Source of the DNA: Zygnema circumcarinatum SAG 698-1b
Taxonomy: Eukaryota; Plantae; Zygnematophyceae
Length of the DNA: 64,000 bases
Assembly (NCBI GenBank): GCA_037447605.1
Contig: CM074822.1
Location: 1,890,518 to 1,954,517 of the forward strand
Direction: 5' to 3'
Position numbers and translations under genes: made by a program. The notes beneath the pieces were generated by a model, which was given only the letters and a program-made list of their open reading frames with translations, was not told the DNA's origin and did no database searches. Positions 49,189 to 60,854 of the stretch are shown piece by piece. Position 1 is the first letter of the stretch, and the number at the start of each line of letters is the position of its first letter.

Positions 49189-50454
49189 TGCAGCGCTTTG
49201 CGGGTGTTATGATGAATCATATCTAAGTAGTATATAGGATGCATGTTAAAGTCTGGATAATTCTTGACGAGAATCTCCAACTCTTTTCCGTGCTATAAAA
49301 GGCGGGTTATTTTGGGCATTATTTATGTTCATGCCCTAGAAGATATTGCTATTCTGTAACTCGTGGTCGGTCAATGTAGCCGATCAAATTGGAGGAGGCA
49401 GCACGCATTTGTGCTACGGGAGTAAAAGGACGGTTGGAGCTTAAGAGCGGAGGTGATTTAGTGGACGATTTTGCAGACTATTGCAAATACTAAAATTCTT
49501 TATCGCATTTACAACTCGTTCTTAAATGTTGTCTGACGTTCGAATGAATGTAGTAGCATTGTGGCTGATGCAGTCCAGAGAAAGCTCATATTTATTCGTG
49601 TGCTGTAGCGACGTAAACTAGCTGCCCTACGGCACAAGTAAGACACCCGCATAGCAGAGAGAGCAGCTGCGGCATCTGCCGTGACAACATATGGCTTGCA
49701 TATGAGCTCCAAAAGCGAGCTTGGCATATGCCAGCACCTCTCGTCCCCCTTCCTCGCCCTTACTCAGTCATTGAGGGACCATCCCGATGAAACAAAACAT
49801 TGAGGCTGTGCTCCCCGTGACTGCAGCATCCGCCAATCAATGCACGACACGCGCAATGCATCATATCATGAGGGGCGGCCTTTGCAGCAGTTCTCAGTGC
49901 TAACCTGCATCGAAGCGAACTAGTTTCTGCAAAGCTTTTAACCACCAATCCATGTCTATCAATAACCCGAACTCACACAAAAGCCGTTGAGGTAGAGCTT
50001 TCACACAGAACATTTCAGAATTAAGCCGTCACCATAGAAGAAACTCTTTTTTCAATCTTTTACTAACCTTGAAGAAACACTGACCTTTTCCGATTAACAA
50101 TGCCCCCTAAATACGCTCTCCAGTGTCAAAAGAAACTACCTGCGAAGGTAAAGACTTGGCTAACTTTTTTTCCAAAAATAGCAACGATTGACTAACATTT
50201 TGCTTACTCTGCAGCCAATGCGTGCTAACATGCGCATACCCGTCACTGGCTGTTGTCGCGCATACACATCCATCCCCAACCCCCCTCCCCCCCCAGAAAA
50301 AGAAACCATTTTATCCTGCCTAGAATCCCATTCTACCACCTGATAACGTACTAGCTGCAACTACGTCCTTCTAAGGATATTTCCACCATTGGTATAGTAC
50401 GATGCGCTGAGTTATCTTAGGCCATATTCTATTCGCTGTTCATTGCAAACGGCA

Positions 50455-52236
50455 TCATTCTGCCTTCTTCTTCGTCTGTTTCTCTGAGGCCAAGCCATAT
50501 GCTGCAACCTTTACAAGAATACGCAGTAGGGTGTACAACACAAGCACCATTGCTGCATAGACTGAATACACATCTACATTGTAGCGCTCCACAAAAGACA
50601 TATAATTGTCCGGCATAATCCAGTGGCTGCTGCTGCCCGTCTCTAGCAGATATGCGACCACTTCCGCCCCTCGCCGGACACCACCTTGGAGTCGCATCAA
50701 CTTTCCGAGCTGCTTGGCTCTCAGGACATAACTGCTTTCTGTCTCACCGCCGGATTTGGAGCCTCCATTGACATCTCCCTTATCTCCAGCGAGCTTGTTC
50801 AGCGCCTCTGTGACAATCTCAGGCGTCAAACTGTCCACATCAAGGCTGACTCCTGCCCCCGAGTCACGCAGCCTTGCAGCAAGCTCGGGCTGGTCAGCCA
50901 TGACTGGAATGCAGACCATCGGCTTGCCAAAGTAGATGGCCTCATGAGTGCCACCAAAGCCGCAGTGCCCGACAAACACCTGCACAGCACGGTGATCCAA
51001 AACCGCCCTCTGGGGCAGCCATAGCTCCAGCCTCAGTCGCTTGTGTGGCTTGTCTGCAAAGCCTTCCGGCAAAAACTCGCGGTTATCAGCGCGAAGCGAC
51101 CACAGCACCGGCCTTCCCGACGATTCCAGACCGTTGAACAGAGCGGTGCCCTGCTTGACGGACAGCCTGGCATGGCTTCCCATGCTGACAACTGTGACAG
51201 TCTGATTTGGCCACTGATCGAGCCACGCATGGAGTTCCGGATTTTTCTCCAGGGGGGAGGGCCCAGCGACCTCCCTACCAGGAGGAGGGTAGATGAGTGG
51301 CCCCGTGTAAACAACCATGGGAGGGGTGGGAATGGCGTAGTCAAAGCCCACCACTGTGTTCACCAGCTTAGGCCGCAGCACGCCTGGCTCGGGGTACTCC
51401 GTCACCGTCATGTTGCATTTGCACTTCTTCTGCAGCTTGGTGGTCGCGAGTCTGTACGCGAAGTGATGCGCCCAGTAGTGGCCATCAAGCTTGTACCACA
51501 ACACGCTGAAGAGTCGATCCCGGAAGGTCATTTCCTTAAGACCTCTAGGTGCCGAATGAATGGGGTAGTGGAAGGGGGGGGGAGGCATGGGGTCCCAGAC
51601 AAGCTGCGGGGAGTTGTACAGCAGTGGAATGTCATACTTCTGCGCAATGTACTCCCCTGTCTGCACAGACGTGAAGTGGTTGGCTAAGACGATATCCGGC
51701 TTCATAGAGAAGGGCTGTCCGGCATGATCCTTTCCCACGAGGCCGTGCTCTTGGATCATACCCTCCTGCAGCATGGACCATAGCATGAGCGCGTCGTTGC
51801 TGTAGAATTCCGAGCGCGCACGCACCATCATAGTGAACGTGCTCACAGTACGCGTGCTCCACCGCGCCGTGTTGCGCTTGCTCACCTCCGACTCGCTCTC
51901 GGGAGCCCCCCCCGTCGGCAAATACACGAGGCCCGTACCGTCGATGATGCGGCCGGGCATTTTGGGGCTCACGTACGGCGCGGCGAGGTAAACGCTGAAG
52001 CCTCTGTCGAGCAGCTCCTGCCCGAGGGAGATGGTAGGGAAGAGGTGGCCGGAGAGGGACGCGCAGAGGAGGAGGACATTGGCGCCGCTGCTCTTGGAGG
52101 AGAGATCGTGCGCGCCATTGACGCTGGCGCCATCAACGTCTCCATTCACCGCGGAAGAGAGAGCGATAGGGAGCAGCTGGCAGAAGAGAATCGCAGCGCA
52201 AAAAGCTCCGTAGCTCCACATGATCGCAGGCCCCAT
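50455..52236 (-). CDS. UDP-glycosyltransferase (GT1), intronless 593 aa, signal peptide + C-terminal TM + KKxx
   Basis: SGHLFPTISLGQEL, MTFRDRL, VVSMGS, WLPQRAVLDHRAVQVFVGHCGFGGTHEAIYFGKPMVCIPVMADQ, RYNVDVYSVYAAMVLVLYTLL...KKKAE*. Confidence 0.93.
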   Translation of the reverse strand: MGPAIMWSYGAFCAAILFCQLLPIALSSAVNGDVDGASVNGAHDLSSKSSGANVLLLCASLSGHLFPTISLGQELLDRGFSVYLAAPYVSPKMPGRIIDGTGLVYLPTGGAPESESEVSKRNTARWSTRTVSTFTMMVRARSEFYSNDALMLWSMLQEGMIQEHGLVGKDHAGQPFSMKPDIVLANHFTSVQTGEYIAQKYDIPLLYNSPQLVWDPMPPPPFHYPIHSAPRGLKEMTFRDRLFSVLWYKLDGHYWAHHFAYRLATTKLQKKCKCNMTVTEYPEPGVLRPKLVNTVVGFDYAIPTPPMVVYTGPLIYPPPGREVAGPSPLEKNPELHAWLDQWPNQTVTVVSMGSHARLSVKQGTALFNGLESSGRPVLWSLRADNREFLPEGFADKPHKRLRLELWLPQRAVLDHRAVQVFVGHCGFGGTHEAIYFGKPMVCIPVMADQPELAARLRDSGAGVSLDVDSLTPEIVTEALNKLAGDKGDVNGGSKSGGETESSYVLRAKQLGKLMRLQGGVRRGAEVVAYLLETGSSSHWIMPDNYMSFVERYNVDVYSVYAAMVLVLYTLLRILVKVAAYGLASEKQTKKKAE

Positions 52237-52529
52237 GGCGGCGCCCCACTTCCCTCAGTCAGCGGCCGGCGGGCAGCGAGGCTCTCCTCTCTTCTCCTCT
52301 CCTCTCCCAAGAAGGAAGGCGCTCGCCTCGCCTCGCCTCGCCTCGCCTCGCCTGGCCTGCTCGCGGCCATGGCCGCCGCGCCGCGCCCTAATGCCCGGAG
52401 GCGCGCGCAGCGACGTGGCGGCGTCGCGCCACGTGGCGCCAGTCGTGGAGGCGCCGACGGGCCGCAGGAGCGGGGGCTGTCCGTACGGACGGCCAGTTTC
52501 GGTCTGCAGGCCCAGGCCACGGCGGAGAG

Positions 52530-53075
52530 CGTATCTAAGTATCGTATTGACTATGTTAAATAACATCGTATTGAGAATCGAGCAGAACATTCGTATCGAG
52601 AATCGTACAAAATTATCGTTTTGTATCGTATTCGAATTTTGGAAATATTCCCCAGTCCCAGCCATAGGACTCGGCCTCGTAGCGTCCGTACCGTCCGCGC
52701 GGTGGCGTTACAGTAGGACCCCATCATATTTTCCACATCAACATTTGCGTCACCGATAAATTCGCACCAATTTTGCCGAAACCATTTTTTGTACGGTAAC
52801 TTCGTGTTAGCCGTACAACTCGTACAATTCGTACAATTCGTACTAACCGTACTAGCCGTACTAGCTGTACTAGCCGTCACGGGCTGACGCAAAACTCACC
52901 GATGTAGCGTAGTGGAGCTGCGCTCGACGGATCCGCGTCAGTTCAGTTGTACTTGATATATGCCTCTTCAGAATCACGGATCAGCAGAATCCAGGAGCTG
53001 CCAACGGAGGATGCAAGAAGGCAGTACCATGTGTTGGCGGCCCACGGAACAGCACATCATCCAGCAAGGCGCACT
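52530..53075. mobile_element. Composite foldback-family remnant (TATCG tracts, MULE-internal module, solo MITE arm)
   Basis: 52710-52850 matches 40690-40810, 54300-54440 and rc 42945-43040; 52903-53075 matches the 40828 MITE left arm. Confidence 0.7.
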
Positions 53076-53879
53076 CGGAGCGCCGCAATTTGCCGCCGAT
53101 AGTTGTTAGTTGACCTATCATAAGGCTCCACATCGTCAGCCAGGCCACTCAGTGGTCAGTTGGCCAATCAGAGACTGTCACTACTAAGACTCAGGATTTA
53201 CTGTCAGAGATAGATAGATGGGATGTCAGTGATGCTAGTTTGTCTTTTAGTGCTGGGCTTAGTATTTGTATTTGCTGTGTGGTTTGTTGTCCTGTTCTTC
53301 TTTTCTTCCTCTCAAGCTCCAGCAACAGATGCTAGTACGAGAGAGAAAGAGTTCCACTGCAGAGAGAGAGAGAGAGAGAGTCTTCTTGCTGATAGCATTT
53401 AGACATCCAATTCAGCCCAGCCAGACAAGCATTTCAGTGAGAAGACACTTATATTGTAATGAGAATCCCCAGCCAACCGCTGGCTGGGGTAAGTTTCCAA
53501 GACACACCCTTTTTCTAAGCTGACCTTTGCTGTCTCTATGCCAAGCTCCAAAGTTGCTTTATCCTGCCTTCCATTCCTCCCAATGACCGATGATAACTAG
53601 GAGCCTAGCAAAGAGAATAGCTGAAGAGAGAACAGAAGAAGAGAACCCCCAGGGAAGGGCTCTTTGCGTATCGAGTCCGGCCGCCGGCGGGAACATCTTC
53701 AGGATCCCTACGTCTTCCGCTGCGCGTACCTCTGAATCCCCCGGTTCGTGGCTCTATACTGCAGGCAGACCCACAGCCCCAATCCAACCCTTCATTAGTT
53801 TTAGTATAGATGCACTAGTTGCCGTACAGCACCTTCAGCTAGATCAGCAGTCTCCTCTTAACTCCACTTATCTTGTGCT

Positions 53880-55180
53880 ACACCAATTCTCCCCGCACGT
53901 GCCGCCGTCAGAGGCGCTCGCTCTTCTCCCCTTCTTCTTGGCTTCGATACGATACGGTACGGTACGATACGATACGATATGATACAATACGAAACTCCCC
54001 AATACGGTACTATCCGTACTAGCCATACGAGCTGTAGTAGCCGTTACGGGCTCGAATTTAAACTCTTCGATTTTTCCCGCCCTTGTCGCCGCAAGAGGCC
54101 ACCATAGTGTCAGTTGCCACGATACGATACGGTACGGCGCGATACGATATATCACCAAGCGATACGATACAATACGTACGGACGTACATAAACTCTAACG
54201 TAATACCGTCCGTCTATTGGTAACACAGACCTGATATTTGCCAAAAACAATATTTTCGCCGGATTTTCGCGAAACCCAGGTGGAAAATATGATGGGGTCC
54301 TACTGTACAGTGGGGGGTCCTCGTATTTTCCACCCTGTACAGTGCGCTCCCAAGAAATTCGCCCCGATTTTGCCGAAACCACCTTTTTGTACGGTAACTC
54401 AGTGTTACCCGTACTACTTGTACTATTCGTACTATTCGTACCGACCGTACTATCCGTACTTGTTGTACTAGCCGTTACGGGCTTAAGCAAAACAAACCGA
54501 ATCTTCCCGCACGTGCCGCCGTAAGTGGCGCTCGCTCCTCTCCCCTTCATCTTGGCTTCGATACGACACAATACGATACGACACTACACGATACGTTACG
54601 ATACGTAACGATATGATACGGTATTAGACGATACGATATGTACGGACAAACATGAACTCTAACATAACACCGCCCGCCTATTGATAATACGAACCTTATA
54701 TTTGCAAAATCAATATTTTCGCCCCTTTTTGGCCAATACCATGGCGAAAATATGAGGATCCCCCACTGTAGTGCGTTACGGCGTGGCCCAGAGGGACGTG
54801 CGGACGGCGGCTCCCAGCCGGGGGGGCTCGCGTCATCGCAGGAGATGAATAATCGCACACCACCAGCACCACCACCAGCAGCAGCAGCAGGACACGCGGA
54901 CCAACGGTTGGTTCAGGCTCCCTCCGCGCGATGTGATGTGATGTGATGTGATGTGATGTGCTGCTACCGCACATCGATCGATCGGTGACCTTCGCGGCTG
55001 CTTCGAGCAAAGGAGGGAGGGCTTGAAGCGGTGTTGAGCCTGGGCGTAGCTTCGCGCTCCCTAGCTTGTTTCTGTTGTCCGTAGGTCTTTGGCGGCCAGT
55101 TCCTCGTGGTTTCCCATGATGGTTTTGCCCATGTACATTTGATGGCTTCATCGCCATGCGCGAGGTCAATGCCATTTTCC
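53880..55180. mobile_element. Cluster of duplicated foldback/MULE-internal modules plus a family A copy
   Basis: 53885-53960 resembles 54505-54580; 54120-54300 and 54600-54770 resemble rc 42600-42770; 54965-55175 resembles rc 19263-19490; many CGATA/GTAC tracts. Confidence 0.7.
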
Positions 55181-57739
55181 CAGTATTCTGTCGAAGCTGA
55201 TTTGCAGGCGCACGGTGCTTGTCGTGCGGCGATTCTCCTCCGTCACCTGCTCCCTTTCGCTCTCTCTTCCGAGAAAAAAATAATATGCGTTGAAATTTTG
55301 TTGGTTATTTCTGCTCCCTAAAAGTGATTTGGATCACACAAGATCACGCCATCTAAAGGCACAAGGACAAAGACAATACGTAGAATCAATGTGAACCAGT
55401 CACAGATGATTTTTTATGCTATATTTCGTAGCATATTTGGACATGCCGGCGTATCAAGGAAGTCGAGCCAAAGTACAAATTCAGCGCATTTTCAAAGACA
55501 CCAAACTCCGTATTCGAGAACACTGGTTCAACCAGGAGACCTGGCTGGATATGACCCTCCTTCGTAGGAGTTTCAAATGTCAATGTAGCGCATTCACAAG
55601 TGTGGGTTCCACGATATTGGGAATCATTCAGACGATGGAGCCGTCTGACCTAGATTTTAGCCGTACAAGATTTCAATTGGTGACGAGATAGATATTCAAG
55701 TGAAGAAGGAATGGATATTTGCTGTTCAAGGTGGTTGAATGGTTGAATTCGACTTGGTGATGAGATGCTGACTGCGGAATTATTGAGACGTTGAGACGTT
55801 CAACTTTTCTAAAGGTCAGTTTAGAATTGGTAAAAGGTAATGGCAATCACCAATTAAAATGGCAACCCATTCCAAACCTTTGAACTGGATTGTATTTGTA
55901 GAAAAAAAAAATAGCCAGCATGTACAAATGCTCAAACTGGTTAGCTCTCCTGTGCATACTTCCGTTCCGTTAAGTAAACGGTACCGCATGGCCGTTGCAC
56001 GGCAGAGAGCAAAGTAAGACCTGCAGCACATGGCAGACGAACTCCGCACTCCTACAGTAGAGTACACAGGCCGGCTCAGAGACCAATGCTGGCCGATCAT
56101 ATCACAGAAGAACTGCGACTTGGCTGTTCCGAGCCGCGACAGGGTCCACGACCACCAGAGTTCCCCAAAAGCTTCTCATCCATTCATGCACTCAGCTCGC
56201 GAGGGTTTGAGACATTTTCAAAGCCACAGTACACGTGCCATGGTTTGCATCGCAGAGGTCCCTTGCATACGCCACACTGGTACACAGGTGACAGCCCCTT
56301 TTCGCAGAGAACAGCGGGCGTTGGCACACCACGCAGAATGCATCTCATCAGGCGGACAGCCAATGCCCGGACAGTAGATAAGCAAAGCCGCAACATAGCA
56401 AGACAAGGCTTTTACAATCATTTCATTTATGGGAGTCGCCCGCATTACAATTTTCCCGATGTCCGCACTGGGTTTGCTAAAGCCTCTTCCCCCCCCCCCC
56501 CCCCCCCCCCCCNNNNNNNNNNCTTCCCCCCCCCCCCCCCGACCTTGACCTTGAAGGAGACCTTGCTGCCCCTCACTAGAACAAACACAGCCGCCAGTTG
56601 TTGTGGCCTTGCCATTCCGCAGGTGCCAGGACGCCAGCGGCAATGTGATTTGACAGCATGCCCTCGGAATATCAGCAGAAAGCGAGTGAGAGTTCAACGG
56701 CTGCAAACGGCTCGTTAATTCCTGAATCCTTATGAACTTCACATGCTTGTCAGCTGCAGCTCAAACCACGAAAATCCTAGAGCGAATGGCAATTGACATG
56801 ACAACGAACTTATTCCTTCACAATATAAAATCATGTGAACACGGGAATGTATAAAATACAAACATGCAGAATGAAAACGTGAGACACCGAATCAGGCAGA
56901 CCTACCCCTATCAGTGACAAGCGCGATGAAGCAAGCTGACAAAGCTGATCGCTAAATCAACAGGCATGACTCTTGAGCCAGAGAAGCCTGAGTGGACTCA
57001 CCATAGACAAGCGTGGATCCGACTTGACTGAACCAGCACATGGAACTCCTCATCAACGGTATATTCCGCACATGCTCCACGCAATGCCCTGGAATGTCAA
57101 TCACAGAACAAATCAAGAAAGAGAAGCAGAGAATAGAGGGCTCAGGTCACGAAAGTGAACGAGTGAGAAAACAATCCACACATCGCAAGGCTTACGGACG
57201 CCTGACTGTCATTGCTTCAAATGGCACCATTCAGCCATGAGTGGACAGATGGTTTCCTATCAAGAGAGCAAAAAATTGCTCTGAGCAGAGCCACTAGCAG
57301 GCAGGGTCAATGTCCGTCGGACTACCCAGTCCGTGGCAGGGCCGCTCATGGCGCATGCCTGCCGGGGCTACCATGCAGCACTCCACCAAATACTGCATGG
57401 CATCTCAATGCAATCAGATGGACAAATGATGCTCTCCATCCGGGCACATCGAGAGTACCAAATGTGGCGAAAATTATGAAATTTATGATCTGCGATTGAT
57501 CAAAATATATCTTCCGCGGCTACAAACAGCTAAACGAGCTGTGGGCTTGAGGGAAAAAGAAGACCTCCAGTTCACTAACAACAGTGGAACTAAGAGAATT
57601 TGCTTTGATCTCAACATGGCGATGCCATCAGATGTACATGAACAACAGTGAAACTTCATGAGAAAGACAAGCAAAAAAAATTCAGAGAAACTTTAAGAAT
57701 TGCAGCAATCGTACACAAGTAGATAACCTGGATCAGCAA

Positions 57740-57827
57740 TGGTCATTCAGGACTTCTTAGAGGTTATGCCCACAGTTGGCCAAAGCCTTTCAGTGGATTG
57801 ACAGATAAAATGTCATCAGCATGACCA
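57740..57827 (-). ncRNA. Box C/D snoRNA with two 18S guides (U33/snR55-like and U61-like)
   Basis: TGGTCAT-GC-TGATGA-CATTTT-ATCTGTCAATCC-A-CTGA...CCTCTAAGAAGT-C-CTGA-ATGACCA: 7-bp terminal stem; boxes C, D' and D; 12-nt complements to the conserved 18S GGAUUGACAGAU and ACUUCUUAGAGG. Confidence 0.85.
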
Positions 57828-58814
57828 CGCCTTCCAGGAGCTCACAAATCAACGATTCAGACAAATATACTCCACGTCTAACTATAGAGTGTGTGAGCCT
57901 GTCATACTTTGCCTATTTCTCAGACAGCCAAGAGATTGCTCGCCAGTGCCGGCAACGGACCAGAAACTTAGTCCGAAACTCGGGTTTTCATTCTCTAGGC
58001 CAAAATAGTAGGCATGCCTTAGAATACAAATAGAAAATCAGTGGTATGCGATTGTTATGTGCTCCACTACAACTCCGACAAGGCAATGCAGAAGGCGGCG
58101 TCGGTTACTTAGATCACAGCAAATGTACCATCACTCATCAGCAACGCCTACCAAATCGCCACGAGAACCCAGCAATGCAAAAGGAATCGGCAGACTAACT
58201 CACCGAAACCAGCTCCAGCGTGTGAGATCGCAGGCATCAAAGGCATCCTGGAACTTCAACGAAACCAAACATTGAACGCATCATCCAGTACGCTACGCGC
58301 TTTGGATCCTTCAAACGTTTCTTCCCTGCAAACGACCGAATAGTCACACCTAAACTATCAGATTTGAAGTCATGTGTGCCTTTCCTTAACGAGAATCAAG
58401 GGACAACAGCAGATTCATCGCCAATAGAGTTTACAAAAACAGGAAGATGCAATGTCAAAGGCGACCTACCTCAGCAAAATACAAAAAGAACATGGATCTC
58501 CACATATTTCTGTATACTGCGTACAGGATCGTCAAAATGCTTCTCTGCTGTCAAAGACCATAGACAACCGGCAGGAGGCAAGAGACCATACGCAGCCACA
58601 AACAGACAGCCTGATTTCTGCAGAGTTTACTCAAGGCCAAGTAGACTAAGAAACTAGGAATTCCCATCTAAGGAACAAGGAATAGCGATCCAATCAACCT
58701 AAACGAGAATAAAATCTACAGCACATGCGCTCTGCACGGATGCATGTATGAGCGAGCGAGCGAGCAGGCCATCTCTGCAGGCGAGGGAGCGCTCCGGGCC
58801 GTTGGCGGGCGCGG

Positions 58815-58902
58815 CCTTATCCGGGCAATCCCCTCCGCGCGCGAGCGGCGGCCCTTATCGCGTCCGCGCGCCCCGCCGCGTGCCCGCCGTCCGCCGCACG
58901 TG
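58815..58902 (+). promoter_or_regulatory. RBCS upstream I-box/I-box/G-box module
   Basis: CCTTATC (GATAAGG rc) at 58815-58821 and 58853-58859; CACGTG at 58897-58902; ~125-215 bp upstream of the ATG. Confidence 0.55.
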
Positions 58903-59027
58903 CGCCGCGCCAGGGCCGTCGATCGGACGCCCGCCGCACCCGCAGCGGCCACAAAAGGGCGCCGCGAGCCTCGCATATCTCATCCTCTCCCTCTTGCCCT
59001 TCTCTCCATCTCACCTGTGCTGCAACC

Positions 59028-59842
59028 ATGGCAGCCATCGCAGCCTCCTCCGCCGCTATCGTGCCCGCCACCCTTCCCGCCGTCTCCGGACAGAAGGCTG
59101 CTGCTTCGCAGCGCACCGTGGGCGCCTTCACCGGCCTCAAGGGTGTTACCCTCTTCGCTGCCCCCAGCAATGAGTGGGCTGCCAAGACCGTCTCCAACTC
59201 CTCGCGTATCTCCTGCATGAAGGTGAGCTTGGCCTGCTAGCTTCCCGATCTGAGTGCCTTGCTATTTCAAGCTCATGTTGGAAGCTTCATTTTCCCTGTA
59301 CTATCATATTCTGACGCTTGCTCTGAGCTTTAGTCGGTGCTTGCAAATTTATCAGATTTGCAATCTGTGATTGTACACTTGCTACTGCCTCTGATCTGTT
59401 TTATCTATTCTAATTTTGTTTGTAGTTGCGGTCTCCTGCTCCATTTCTAATGCAAGTTTGTCATTTTCCGTTTTTTTCGGTGCAGGTGTGGAACCCCATC
59501 GATAACCTCAAGTTCGAGACTCTCTCGTACCTGCCCCCTCTTTCCGACTCCGCCATCAGCAAGGAGGTTGACTACCTTCTGGCCAAGGGCTGGGTGCCTT
59601 GCCTGGAGTTCGACGCCCAGGGAACCGTGTATCGTGAAAACAACGCCGGTCCCGGCTACTATGATGGCCGCTACTGGACGATGTGGAAGCTCCCCATGTT
59701 CGGCTGCACCGACTCCTCGCAAGTCCTGCGTGAGCTGTATGAGGCCAAGAAGGCCTACCCCGATTGCTTCATTCGCATCCTTGGCTTCGACAACATCAAG
59801 CAGACCCAGTGTGTGTCCTTCATCGCCCACAAGCCGCTGTAA
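59028..59842 (+). CDS. RBCS: Rubisco small subunit precursor (exons 59028-59222, 59486-59842)
   Basis: Transit peptide ...SRISCMK|[19 protein letters not shown]...WVPCLEF...[16 protein letters not shown]...IRILGFDN...FIAHKPL*; single GT-AG intron. Confidence 0.98.
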
Positions 59843-60854
59843 ATCAGTCCGAGTAACACCATTCCGGAGTGCGTCGTAGGCCGTCACACACCAGAGTGTA
59901 TTTAATTTGTCGGCACTGAAAGTAGACTAGGTCTTCGTATCCAATGTAAGGTGCGCTTTTTATGTGCCATCTGGAAACTGTTAGACCGTAGCGTTAGCGT
60001 TGGTTCAGAGCCACAAGGCATTTTTATGAATCACAGTTATTGAGACCAATGTGTGCATTGACCAAGATTTATTACAATTGAATCCCTTGATTCTGATCCT
60101 TATCACCCTCTTGCCACATGAAGAGTCTTCGATTGCTGACTTTGTGGAAACCCGTTGAAACCTGTTGGTTCCTTCCCTATTGGATGTGTTCTCAATCACG
60201 GTAGATATGAGATCTTCGCGCATCGCTCCTTGCTTTGATTTACAATCGACTGGTCCGGTTGAGGGTTTCTGATCTGAGCAGGGAGCAGCCTGTAGCCTTT
60301 CATTTCTAGGAGCCCTGCTTGATTAATGGTCTTCTTTATTTTGCCTTGCTGTATTCGGCCGTCTGAACACTTCCTAAATACCTTGTCATCTCTTGAAAGG
60401 CCTGAACTGTTGCTGTTGGTTGGATCCTTCGCTCGACTCCCAGCTCCGCCATTCTGTACATTCTCTGCACAGCTCTCACGTCTGTACTTGTATCTCTGAA
60501 AAAATTTGCTTTTTATTCCTGATTTTTATCGTTTGGTTAATCACATGAACGATAAATTTGGAAATCCCGCCTTTATCTGATATCCCGCCCTTTTTTTGGC
60601 TATTCCCTCCACCCCCCTTGTGTTTCGGAAATCCCCCCCCTCTTCCATTTTGCTTATCCACCCCCCTTTTTTCTCTTTTCAGCTAGCGTATTGCCGCAAA
60701 GACACATTCGCAGATAGAGGATGTAGAGAGAGTAGAGTCGTCGGCGGTCGCTATGCTTGCCGATTTGCTTTTGGCCGTGATCAGGTATTGGAACAGGGTA
60801 GTCGATTTTGATGTGAAGTCTTTCGTGCTTTTAGTGCTCGGTCAGGGGAGACGA

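Noticed and set aside
53200-53880. Possible LTR/gag start (MITRSLAKR...)
   Set aside because: No paired LTR, PBS, PPT or gag/pol motifs.
56184-56742. Cys-rich minus-strand ORFs (YQCGVCKG...)
   Set aside because: No recognisable zinc-finger spacing or splice-supported continuation.
57105-57200. AGCCTTGCGA complement to 18S as an H/ACA or C/D guide
   Set aside because: The second pocket strand pairs only 4 bp; no H/ACA box at the right distance and no D box adjacent to the guide.
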